A DNA stretch of 64,000 bases from Ostrea edulis (taxonomy: Eukaryota). The stretch covers positions 52,142,001 through 52,206,000 of the forward strand of contig NC_079171.1 in assembly GCF_947568905.1 (NCBI RefSeq), given 5' to 3'. How positions within the stretch are numbered: the stretch's first letter is position 1; the number at the start of each line of letters is the position of its first letter. The notes below the pieces were generated by a model, which saw only the letters and a program-made list of their open reading frames with translations, did no database searches and was not told the origin of the DNA. A program made the position numbers and the translations under genes. Positions 52,251 through 61,756 of this stretch are shown piece by piece.

Positions 52251-52420
52251 GGTAGTGTCCATTGTAATTACAGACTTTTGTGATATGCATCATACATATA
52301 ATAATTATAACTAGCTTGTAAGTTTGTATATATTTTATAACAAACAATCAAATTTCTATATATAAAGTAACGATCAGTAATACATATTAAATAGTTCGGT
52401 TTCATCTGAGTCTGAAAACT

Positions 52421-53494
52421 TTAACGTCTGAACTTGGGGTTTATGGTACTATCTTCTGTAGCAATCGGTTCGGGAGCAAGCAGTGCTGGCGAGATTTCTT
52501 CTGGATCAACAGTTTCTGGAACAACTGTTTCTGGAGCAACAGTTTCTGGAACAACTGCATCGGTTACAATTGGTGTCTCAATAGCTTCAGCGTGTGGGTC
52601 TTGAGTTGCGTTGAGAAGTGGTGTCGTAGATTCATTAACTTTATCTGCGTCTGTAGCGTTTGTTACGGTATCATTATCCTTAACTACTGTAACGGGTTTA
52701 GGTGCTACAGTGGGTTGAGCATCGTCATTTGTCACCGTAACAATCTCTTCTACAACTTTGGGTGTAGTTGGCTCTTCTACAACTTTGGGTGTAGTTGGCT
52801 CTTCTACAACTTTGGGTGTAGTTGGCTCTTCTACAACTTTGGGTGTAGTTGGCTCTTCTACAACTTTGGGTGTAGTTGGCTCTTCTACATCTTTTGGTGT
52901 AGTTGGTTCTTCTACAACTTTTGGTGTAGTTGGTTCTTCTACAACTTTTGGTGTAGTCGGTTCTTCTACAACCTTGGGTGTAGTTAGCTCTTCTACTTTT
53001 TCAGTTGTAGGAGCATCTGTAGTTTTAGGGTGTCTTTCAACGAAACCCATTTCGGCGTTGATGTCGAGTATAGTATTATCAACAATTGTGGTCGTAGACA
53101 TGTCTGTATTATCAGAAGCGATCATGAATGTGATCACAGCCGGGCATCTATTTGACATTGTTACCAACTGTGGTGTAGTAACGATTCTTAAACTAGCAGT
53201 ACACGTGTCGGATGTTGGGGTTTTAACATTCATGAGAACAGAAGACCCGCAGCCACCATTGATGCAATATACGCATGCGAAATTGTACGGACTGTTGATG
53301 ATTTGGTTGAATTCATTGTTTGACGCGCACGATCCAGTTATCGATGATACTATAGCTAACACATAGTACGTATTACGTTCTCTAGATATCACGTCGTATC
53401 TAGGAGTTTTCACTGTCAGTGTCCCCAACGATAACGCGCTAGACATTAGTGTTGATAACGCTAATGCTGCGAATACACGAGAATCGATACCCAT
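52421..53494 (-). CDS. Secreted/surface glycoprotein, 357 aa: signal peptide, Cys domain, (KVVEEPTTP)n mucin-like stalk
   Basis: Hydrophobic N-terminus VFAALALSTLMSSALS; 27-bp tandem repeat. Confidence 0.85.
   Translation of the reverse strand: MGIDSRVFAALALSTLMSSALSLGTLTVKTPRYDVISRERNTYYVLAIVSSITGSCASNNEFNQIINSPYNFACVYCINGGCGSSVLMNVKTPTSDTCTASLRIVTTPQLVTMSNRCPAVITFMIASDNTDMSTTTIVDNTILDINAEMGFVERHPKTTDAPTTEKVEELTTPKVVEEPTTPKVVEEPTTPKVVEEPTTPKDVEEPTTPKVVEEPTTPKVVEEPTTPKVVEEPTTPKVVEEPTTPKVVEEIVTVTNDDAQPTVAPKPVTVVKDNDTVTNATDADKVNESTTPLLNATQDPHAEAIETPIVTDAVVPETVAPETVVPETVDPEEISPALLAPEPIATEDSTINPKFRR
52746..53000. repeat. 27-bp coding minisatellite, about 9 units (KVVEEPTTP)
   Basis: ttctacaactttgggtgtagttggctc repeated. 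Confidence 0.95.
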
Positions 53495-53629
53495 TTTGTT
53501 AAGATGTGGTGTAAAATACCTATAATCACTATACGATATGACTATAATAACAGATATATAAAAAGAGTTGAATCATTTTAATATATATTTTTAACACACA
53601 AATGCACAGGTGCGACAATAATGCGATTT

Positions 53630-54685
53630 CTAACACATACCATATCTACACATTGAGCCCATACATGGAACGAATTTACATTGGACTTGAACTGATCCGG
53701 TTAAAACTTGTCCTTTTTTCACGAAAGTTATTTTGTTGAATGTTGTTCTCAAATGTCCAGATGTAATTTCTTGGAATGGTGGAATTGCAGGCGTTGTAGC
53801 ACAACCGTCTTTTACAAATGCGAATTCGTCTATAGTACACAATATTGGTTTAATAGAATAACTCGATGATGTATTGGCGTATTGTGCTACAGCGTTGATT
53901 ACGATTCTAGGACCCGCGTCTTCAACCATCGTATGTATTCTATCAATGCCGTGAATCGCATTGAATACTGTGGGCGCGCGATTAGCTGGTGGTAGGTCGA
54001 CCACGACCAATCCTTTCTGTATCGAACCGTCGATTGTTATGTATTCGTAATTAGTCGATACTAGCTCCGATTTAAATTCGTCACCCTTAAACGTTCCTAT
54101 AATGAATGGGATACCAATGGTGACGCCGCACTGATATAAGTCTATTTCCATAGGTTCTGTGAGTTGCTGTAACGTAGACTTACGCACACACCCTCCAAAA
54201 ATGATATTATCGGTCAGTCTAGATGTGGGGACTCGAACGTGAGCTGTACCATATTTGCTAATGTCGTATATCATTGGTATATTCGAGTCGGTTATGGCGA
54301 AATTAAAGTACTTACGACCATCGTACAATACTTCTATATTATCGAGACCCATGAGGTGCGCATCGATATCGCATCTGTATAGAGAAACACCAATGTCTAT
54401 GAATTTGATGAATTTAGCAAAACCCGCGTTATTTCCAGATATGTGTAGGTATATTTTCTTATCACCTTCATACACTTTGGTGTATTGTGTGGGATCTAAA
54501 GTTTTGACTTCGAAGACCAATCGTTGTTTCGCTGAAAATGTGACGATTTTAGCAAGTTCGACACTCGAAATCCATCTGTAATTGTGCTCTTTAGATAGCT
54601 TGATGGTCATATCTTGAGCATTCGTACACTGTAGATATATAAAGACAATACACAGGATTGACGGTATACCATATTTATAACCCAT
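53630..54685 (-). CDS. Secreted protein with zona-pellucida (ZP-C)-like C-terminus, 351 aa
   Basis: Signal peptide; FVKDGCATTP..LRTTFNKITF..VQVQCKFVPCMGSMC resembles the ZP pattern I.nGC...rF.F.aF.F...v.ihC.v..C. Confidence 0.6.
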   Translation of the reverse strand: MGYKYGIPSILCIVFIYLQCTNAQDMTIKLSKEHNYRWISSVELAKIVTFSAKQRLVFEVKTLDPTQYTKVYEGDKKIYLHISGNNAGFAKFIKFIDIGVSLYRCDIDAHLMGLDNIEVLYDGRKYFNFAITDSNIPMIYDISKYGTAHVRVPTSRLTDNIIFGGCVRKSTLQQLTEPMEIDLYQCGVTIGIPFIIGTFKGDEFKSELVSTNYEYITIDGSIQKGLVVVDLPPANRAPTVFNAIHGIDRIHTMVEDAGPRIVINAVAQYANTSSSYSIKPILCTIDEFAFVKDGCATTPAIPPFQEITSGHLRTTFNKITFVKKGQVLTGSVQVQCKFVPCMGSMCRYGMC

Positions 54686-55871
54686 GGTGTTGTAATACAG
54701 TATTGGCTAAAGTACTCAATCGTTCTACAAAGTTACAATTATTATTAGATTGTAAATTAATATTCGAATGCATTATTTCATGAGACCAAGAACATAATAG
54801 TAATAGTGAACATGGCATACAATTTCTTTGATTCAAATGTGTCACAATCAATTTCGATATATTACCAGCACAGAAACTATTACTGTCACTAAACTGTTCT
54901 AACAATTTCAAGTTCTTCAATCCATTGTAGAGGCAGAGTTTAGATCCTTTGTGGAACGCGATTTCTTCGTGTGTAACACCTGGTATGGGAAATGCAGTTC
55001 TTTTAGCTGCCAGTGCAGCTACCGTTTTATCGTTGCTGTTAATCAAGGATTCTGCAGCACTAGCGAACGTTGTTAAGTACCATTCGTCAATTTTGGGTTC
55101 GAACATAGTCAACTCGCATATCTTACACCTAGCGTACGACTTAATAATGCACGGTTTGATATTCTCAACATCCAACGGTTCGTCATCAGTATCATCAATA
55201 TCACCATCTTCGTCATCACCATCATCGACGAGAATTTCGTCTGTTAGGTAACTATGAGCCTCACGGAGTAGATTGTAATGGTTCACTTTCATATTCTTCA
55301 TTTTGTCGACACATAGATCTATAATATCAACGACATCGCCAGTTACGGTATCGACTACAACAGACTTGCGTGTACACTTGCGTCTGTTCTCGGATATATT
55401 CTCGACAACTGTCTTAAATTTGGCACACGCACCATCACATTGTTCTAGTTGTTTAATCGAATCTTTGAGTTCTCCCTTGTGGTGAGCGTTGAGTTGACCG
55501 TTTATTCTGAAATGTTTGGCTGCAGAAATATATCGTTCTGCAGAGGGATTTGGTGTCTCTGTGTGCAGAAAGCAACATCTCGCGAATAGATGGTATTCTA
55601 TCGCATGCGGATTCACGTATTTTCCAGAAAATTGGTATAATATGGTACCCGCAGTCATTATTGTGACAGCGGTCATGGGCATGCACAAGAATACCAAATT
55701 GAACAGATCCCTGCATGCCCCGGTGTCTTCCAGCACTAAGCATGTTGTGCACATGGGTACGTCACAACTATCATCGATTTCGGTCTTACATTTTTCAACA
55801 TAATCGGTCAATGCCGTCACAAATTGGTCTACTTGCGTTTGTTCGAATATCAACTGATATATTGTTGACAT
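54675..55871 (-). CDS. Hypothetical viral protein, 398 aa, Cys-rich with acidic tract
   Basis: Long intact ORF overlapping both neighbours. Confidence 0.8.
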   Translation of the reverse strand: MSTIYQLIFEQTQVDQFVTALTDYVEKCKTEIDDSCDVPMCTTCLVLEDTGACRDLFNLVFLCMPMTAVTIMTAGTILYQFSGKYVNPHAIEYHLFARCCFLHTETPNPSAERYISAAKHFRINGQLNAHHKGELKDSIKQLEQCDGACAKFKTVVENISENRRKCTRKSVVVDTVTGDVVDIIDLCVDKMKNMKVNHYNLLREAHSYLTDEILVDDGDDEDGDIDDTDDEPLDVENIKPCIIKSYARCKICELTMFEPKIDEWYLTTFASAAESLINSNDKTVAALAAKRTAFPIPGVTHEEIAFHKGSKLCLYNGLKNLKLLEQFSDSNSFCAGNISKLIVTHLNQRNCMPCSLLLLCSWSHEIMHSNINLQSNNNCNFVERLSTLANTVLQHHGL

Positions 55872-58812
55872 TTTTGGCGAGCTTTAATGGACACCCCTTG
55901 AGTCCGCTGTTATTTTTCTGCCGATTGATATGTTGCACGAATGCTGATATGGCATACCATTTCATTTTAGTGATATGGTTAGCAATAGATAGTCCATTTT
56001 TTTCACCTAATGGCTTAACTATCGCCTCTAATGCTGTCAATTTGTTTACAACGTAGTCCTTATAATGATCTAAATCGAGACTGGATACCAACATTACGTT
56101 GACTCGTTTCATCTTGGTTAACATCAGTTCCGCATTCTTAGCCAATTCCACAGTATCACTAATTGGTGTCACTGTGGACATATCGCTTTGTGACGGCACC
56201 GAGTAACGGTCTCCAACAAACTGATTTGTTATAAAATATGCTGGCATGTTCTTGCCAAAGTACTGTGTATCACGATTGAACTCCTCAAACATGGTCTCGC
56301 CTGGCACGACCGAATCGAATGTGCTCATGAATTCTTCGACCAACGGCGCATCGATATCCTCCTTCGACACTATCTTCATGGCATTTTCGCACGCCTGATC
56401 GAATATCGATTTGAACCCCACAGCTCGGTCCTTCCCAACTACACCTCTAGCTATCAGTTCGTCGCTAAGTAAGTCGCGACCCATGTAAGAGTTGGCATCT
56501 TTGTAGGTGGCAGTGCCCTTTTTGAACTTATACTCGATCTTCATTGGGAAACTGGGCGAATGTTTAAACTTGTAGTTGTTAACACCACACACTGTAATTC
56601 CATCGGTCGTAATTGAAATTATCGATCTATCGGCGTTCGCCACTACAGTTTGCAAACACATGCAGACACTGGTGTATTTTGTGAGATAAAATAATACCGG
56701 GTCACCGTGTTTGGCTCGACCGATTAGGGACACCACGTTCAATTTAGCCTTCGGAGCATACTTTCGATTTTTTACGCCAGTTTGGAGCACTCTGTACACG
56801 TTGGGATCTAGGTCGAAATGTTTAATACAAGTTGCGTAGAAATTCGAAAAGTCATAACACGTACTCCCATTGTCTGGAGAGTAATGCTTGCGGCCCATCA
56901 CGACGGCTTGTTTTTTGAACAGTTGCCATATGGTATATTTGTCAAAGTCGTCACAGGGTCCGTTGAAATCTTTAAGTGTTCCATCCCATGTTCTGCTTTC
57001 GGGCGTATCGATAGATATAGTTTCTCCTGTGATATCCTTCACGGCGCATCTGAATTTCTTATCAAAGCGTGGTGTCATGAGTGACACACACAATTCCATC
57101 ACGCGAACTATTCTGGGATCTTGATTGGTGACGAGCGTAGTTTCATTCTCACCAAGATACTTTTGCACGTCTCTTCTGGTCGTAGCGAGACCACATTTTG
57201 CGTATGCGTCTTTAATTTCTCGCAGCGATCCAGATGCTACCATTCCTCCATTATGCGGTGTGCATATTATCGCTGGTGTTAAACGCGCCTCCAATTTCTT
57301 GTCTTTCGCTTTATTTGGCGGTATGAAGACCATGGGGAGCAGAGTTGCGTACTTCAAGTCGTCGCATCGCACAACGTCGTAAGGGGCGTTGTGTACAACA
57401 TCGTGTCCCATGTTGCATATAATTCCTTCTATGGTACGTTTATCACCCAAAGGCGCCAACAGGTCTACTTTGACACCTTGGGATATTATGTGGGTACAGT
57501 TCTGCAATTTCGCATTCGATTTTGAGAATTCTTTGTAGTGGTCAGCGGGGTCTATGAAGCATACTCGAGTGAGTATTTCGTCACAAACATTCCACTTGGG
57601 TGCGAGCATGCTGGCGAATGGTACCATTTCCTCGTACTTCGCTTTGACCAATTTTATTATTTTGGTGTAATATACACCTTTGTGACCAAAAAACAGAGGT
57701 TCGAAATCCGAGCCGTGCATGAATATGAACCGTTTGTCTCTGGGTGTATAAAATTGCCCGTATCGATCACTGTTTGACATCAACACATTATTGTTCAAAA
57801 AGTTTGTAACCGTGCGGAGCGCATTGCTGTTAGCAAATTTCATAATGCATTCCGATTCTGTCACTTTACCAGTACAATTAAGTCCCAGGACCGTAGATGA
57901 CGTAACATCTTCGCACTCATTCATATCCATCACGAGTTTCACCATAGCATCCATGTATGTGTAATCGAAACTTTGTATCTCGGTAACACCAATCGTTTTG
58001 ATGTATCGGATGTTGAATTTGGTACATTGTTCATCGTCATCAACCATCGGTTCGTCTAGACTAGGAATTGTGTAGAGGTCTATGAAACACATTGGTCTAC
58101 GGTTGTGCTCAAACAAGTCGTTGACATTTTCGACGCTGTCGACAGTAAATCCCGTGCTGGTAGGTCGACAATTGTTCAAAAATTGCCTAACGTATTTGTT
58201 ATGTTTGTAGTTGACTAGCGTTATGCCCACATCTCGACCTGGATCCATATGAATCTTGGCTACAGCCCATAGTTTCGCATTCAAGATTTCTATATTCGGA
58301 ACTTCAAACTGCACCAAAGGACACATGGTTTCGTAAACTTCTTTGAACATCGATAACGTCCTCGAATGCGCCATTAGGTCCTCCCCGTACACCTCTGGTT
58401 GATTGAAGTTGCGCCAAAGCATGTTCATGTACTCCACCCGTTTAGGGAGAGTGTATGTCCCAAACGAATCGTTGTTTGTAACGATCAGTTCGTCAATCAC
58501 GAACTGTGAAATCTTCTGGCCCACTCGTTTAGGGTCGGTGAATATATCGTCTTGTACGTCCGACATCAATTCACTCAGTGCAACCATGCCACTATAATCG
58601 TATTTCGGCACTTGGTTAAAACTACCAATCGGCCGCACGGTTTTCTCATCATCGATTGTGAAGTAATCTAGCATACACCTGAATGAAGAACTATCTGTTT
58701 TTTTCAAGTTCAATCGAACGTATGTGTGCGTGTTTAAATTATAGAACGTGCCTAGTTGATACTCTAGCTTAACCAGCAGCCATTTGTCTTCCATTGTAAT
58801 CGTTGTTGACAT
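55795..58812 (-). CDS. Highly diverged family-B-polymerase-like protein, 1005 aa (candidate UL8-like helicase-primase accessory subunit)
   Basis: C-terminal third shows YDFSNFYATCI (motif A-like), KAKLNVVSLIG (motif B-like), SITTDGI (motif C-like), NSYMG and ARGVVGKD in PolB order; no clear exonuclease motifs. Confidence 0.65.
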   Translation of the reverse strand: MSTTITMEDKWLLVKLEYQLGTFYNLNTHTYVRLNLKKTDSSSFRCMLDYFTIDDEKTVRPIGSFNQVPKYDYSGMVALSELMSDVQDDIFTDPKRVGQKISQFVIDELIVTNNDSFGTYTLPKRVEYMNMLWRNFNQPEVYGEDLMAHSRTLSMFKEVYETMCPLVQFEVPNIEILNAKLWAVAKIHMDPGRDVGITLVNYKHNKYVRQFLNNCRPTSTGFTVDSVENVNDLFEHNRRPMCFIDLYTIPSLDEPMVDDDEQCTKFNIRYIKTIGVTEIQSFDYTYMDAMVKLVMDMNECEDVTSSTVLGLNCTGKVTESECIMKFANSNALRTVTNFLNNNVLMSNSDRYGQFYTPRDKRFIFMHGSDFEPLFFGHKGVYYTKIIKLVKAKYEEMVPFASMLAPKWNVCDEILTRVCFIDPADHYKEFSKSNAKLQNCTHIISQGVKVDLLAPLGDKRTIEGIICNMGHDVVHNAPYDVVRCDDLKYATLLPMVFIPPNKAKDKKLEARLTPAIICTPHNGGMVASGSLREIKDAYAKCGLATTRRDVQKYLGENETTLVTNQDPRIVRVMELCVSLMTPRFDKKFRCAVKDITGETISIDTPESRTWDGTLKDFNGPCDDFDKYTIWQLFKKQAVVMGRKHYSPDNGSTCYDFSNFYATCIKHFDLDPNVYRVLQTGVKNRKYAPKAKLNVVSLIGRAKHGDPVLFYLTKYTSVCMCLQTVVANADRSIISITTDGITVCGVNNYKFKHSPSFPMKIEYKFKKGTATYKDANSYMGRDLLSDELIARGVVGKDRAVGFKSIFDQACENAMKIVSKEDIDAPLVEEFMSTFDSVVPGETMFEEFNRDTQYFGKNMPAYFITNQFVGDRYSVPSQSDMSTVTPISDTVELAKNAELMLTKMKRVNVMLVSSLDLDHYKDYVVNKLTALEAIVKPLGEKNGLSIANHITKMKWYAISAFVQHINRQKNNSGLKGCPLKLAKNVNNISVDIRTNASRPICDGIDRLC

Positions 58813-58900
58813 TTTTAAATGCTTGGACAGTGCATACAGTGTTTCAATTGATTACACAATGACCGCCAAATGCATCGGATCTGACAATATCAATTAGAAA

Positions 58901-59000
58901 TCGAACGAGTTCGATATTTAACGGTCGGAGGCTATGGAGGGCCGTCCTCCGTGCCGCTCTAATAATATATATATATATACACCGTCAAAGTGCTGCCCTC
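58901..59000. promoter_or_regulatory. Origin-like element copy A: TCGAAC-nn-GTTCGA palindrome, GC-rich hairpin box, (TA)n core
   Basis: ~52 bp (58936-58987) match the reverse complement of 60128-60179 with one mismatch. Confidence 0.5.
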
Positions 59001-59212
59001 TTATAGACTCCGTAGCTGTATCGAGTGGGGTTTAGACTCGTATATACTAACATATTTTTACGAGATGTGGGTTAGTTTTTGAGTGGTATGCAGTGTGTGT
59101 AATTATTGTAGAAAAATAAGCAAGTATTTATCTAAAATGTACGCGTTATAGGTTTTCGTGTTATATAGAAATACGAGATACAGGTGTCCAATTAGAAAAC
59201 TATTCCAACAAC

Positions 59213-60037
59213 ATGAATCATATGTTTCCCGACGATAGTGTGTGCGAATCACCAAATGTTCACGATGCGCCCAATGCCGAATTGTTTAGATTGCAATCAC
59301 AGCGTTTCGATGCATCTGATAAAGCTACAAGTGAAATTCATCTCCTGGGACAAATGTACGTACCGGGCTACCATAACAAACTAGAGAATGGATTTACGGG
59401 CTTTGATTTGGGACTGACGAACACAGATCAATACAGGATGGTCGATGGTCATATGCTCAGGGATGGTAGTTACCGCCAGGTTGTCGCGTTGGTGGACAAA
59501 CCAAATCGATTGACTGGCAAACCTCTAGTGATCGGCAGTGCTGAGTATACCGACCACATGCGCAAATTGGTGGCCAGACAGAACTTCCGTAGAGAGTGTC
59601 CGATATGGGCGACACAATTCTTACATCTATGCATGGCGCACGAACCCGGACAGATGATATCCATGACGTGTGATCGCACCATGTGGTTAAAATTACTGCA
59701 AGCATTTAGTACGGCATTTACTAACAAGGAAGTCTTCATCCCGATACGCAGTCTTACGGAATTCCCACCAGTCTCCGAGGAGCGCAACGAGTGCCTCGCG
59801 TCGTTAAGCGAATATAAGTTCGTTATAATCATGACCGGAGACAAGACTGATGACAAGCAGATACGATTCTGGGAAAGGTTTGCAACGGGAATCCTGTTAG
59901 ACACCGATTTCGATACGCACGCACCATGGGTTCGAATAAATGACTACCCGCCTAAGGTCATAGTGCTCTCGGACAAGGAACGATCGTATTCGCCGACTAC
60001 CTTACAATGCACTGGACCAATCAGTGGACCTCAGTGA
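59213..60037 (+). CDS. Hypothetical protein, 274 aa, with weak resemblance to a degenerate CRESS-type Rep (HUH + SF3 helicase)
   Basis: Intact ORF between inverted repeats; IHLLG, YKFVII, WERFATGI, KVIVLSD echo Rep motifs. The ORF is solid, the family call is weak. Confidence 0.5.
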   Translation: MNHMFPDDSVCESPNVHDAPNAELFRLQSQRFDASDKATSEIHLLGQMYVPGYHNKLENGFTGFDLGLTNTDQYRMVDGHMLRDGSYRQVVALVDKPNRLTGKPLVIGSAEYTDHMRKLVARQNFRRECPIWATQFLHLCMAHEPGQMISMTCDRTMWLKLLQAFSTAFTNKEVFIPIRSLTEFPPVSEERNECLASLSEYKFVIIMTGDKTDDKQIRFWERFATGILLDTDFDTHAPWVRINDYPPKVIVLSDKERSYSPTTLQCTGPISGPQ

Positions 60038-60127
60038 CAATAGAAGTTTTATGTGTGAATTTGTATTGAATGTGATGGTAGACTTGAAGTTTATTCACTG
60101 TGGAGGATAATAAGGAGGACAGCTTTC

Positions 60128-60307
60128 TGACGGTGTATATATATATATATTATTAGAGCGGCACGGAGGGCGGCCCTCCGCAGACAGCTTCGATCCGAAA
60201 GTGGGTTTTTTCCAGACCTCGAACACGTTCGATTCTTTAGCTGCGGAGTTGCCCTCCGTGCCGCTCCAATAATATATATATATATACACCGGCAAAGGAC
60301 TGCCCTC
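60128..60307. promoter_or_regulatory. ~170-bp imperfect palindrome (copies B and C), candidate replication origin
   Basis: 41-bp arms 60131-60171 and 60251-60291 with one mismatch; inner ctccgcag/ctgcggag pair; second TCGAAC-nn-GTTCGA in the loop. Confidence 0.55.
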
Positions 60308-60869
60308 CAGTACACTCGATGAAATAACTTCAATTTAAAACACAACCCTAGTATTAGAGGCAGATATATATCATTTGTCAACTGCCAGACACGTGTTTGT
60401 ATTTACATTTGATGTATTTTATATTTGTGAACAGTACTCGCATATAAGAGATTTAAAAACATTTTGACGCAGCACACGTGTTCATGATAGAAACATGTGA
60501 TCCATTGTATCATAACACCGTGTTGGTGATAAAACATGTGCATAATTATATAGCGATACCACTGTTGGTGATAAACTATGTGTAACCCAGTATTCGTACC
60601 TCAAACACCTAGTGTTTCTGTAATAAACCATTTTGTTGAACACGTTTAGTTTTGTGCTTTTATATTATTCATACACTGGACAATCGTTACAATTTCTCGA
60701 ACATTGTACGAACGTGATGACCATCGGCAGAAGTTTTGTGTAACCGGCACGTGAATGATCGTAACATTGTATATAGTTATAAATCGATACATGTTTCGTC
60801 ATTCTCGCATCGAGTTATACGATATGATCTACATAAGAAAAAAAACGCAACCAGAATGTTTTGGGAGGT

Positions 60870-61487
60870 CTACAATTCATCAGGTTTATTATCCGAATCC
60901 ATAATCTTGGACATGAATTTCTCAGCATTGATATACTTTAAAACATCGTCAATATTGACAAAATATCCCAAGATAAATGTGAATAATTTTAACACAATGC
61001 ATATAATCAGAAATCTAACAATCATTCCTATAAAAACTCCCCATCTATCTGCGAGTGTGAGAGCGAATCCGATAGGTCCAGACACCACAGTGAATTCGGG
61101 CACCAACTCCACACGATGTTCGTTGCAATCCCACACTAAAGCTCCAGAGTACACCTCGGTGTAGGCATCCGGCAAGTCTGAATGTTCACTCATCGCACGC
61201 ATACAATCCTTGAAACTAAACTCTTGCCTACGCGTGTTCGCTGATGATATTCCAGAATATTGTCTGTATCTGGAAACTGTTATGTTGGCCCCAACGTTAG
61301 ATCCAGTAGTGTAATACTCTATGTTGATGAAGAAATCGTCATCGTCCACAAAACCTTTGGGTAATACACCGTATAAGTCTCCGAAAGATATCCTGAGATT
61401 GGAAACGTTCGGTATAGTAGCCTGATACATGTCGATACTCCCCCGGTAATTCAACTTGAGTCCATTTTTAAGTAGTAGACTGGTCAT
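60870..61487 (-). CDS. Putative membrane protein, 205 aa, C-terminal hydrophobic segment
   Basis: WGVFIGMIVRFLIICIVLKLFTFILGYFV. Confidence 0.75.
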   Translation of the reverse strand: MTSLLLKNGLKLNYRGSIDMYQATIPNVSNLRISFGDLYGVLPKGFVDDDDFFINIEYYTTGSNVGANITVSRYRQYSGISSANTRRQEFSFKDCMRAMSEHSDLPDAYTEVYSGALVWDCNEHRVELVPEFTVVSGPIGFALTLADRWGVFIGMIVRFLIICIVLKLFTFILGYFVNIDDVLKYINAEKFMSKIMDSDNKPDEL

Positions 61488-61756
61488 TTTGTCGTTAATT
61501 TAGATAACTGGTTTAAGATAGGGTATCTCCTCTCAAAATTATCGACAGATTTTAACACGGTTCTTCTAAACAGCGTACAAATCGATCCTTTGACAGATTG
61601 GTCTAAATCATATTGATATTTGGATATTTTCATGAATTCGCGATGTATCGTATTTATTATTAATATACATCGAGGCACGCTCAAGTTATTTACAGCGATC
61701 GCAGTTTCTATAGACAATTCGTGACGCTGTAATATGGCTACGATACCATCAGCCAT
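61484..61756 (-). CDS. Hypothetical protein, 90 aa
   Basis: Overlaps the start of the 205-aa ORF by 4 nt, typical viral packing. Confidence 0.55.
   Translation of the reverse strand: MADGIVAILQRHELSIETAIAVNNLSVPRCILIINTIHREFMKISKYQYDLDQSVKGSICTLFRRTVLKSVDNFERRYPILNQLSKLTTK

Noticed and set aside
52592-53366. Plus-strand ORFs (131 aa, 202 aa) and other antisense ORFs throughout 47-64 kb
   Set aside because: Shadows of longer opposite-strand genes or of the 27-bp repeat.
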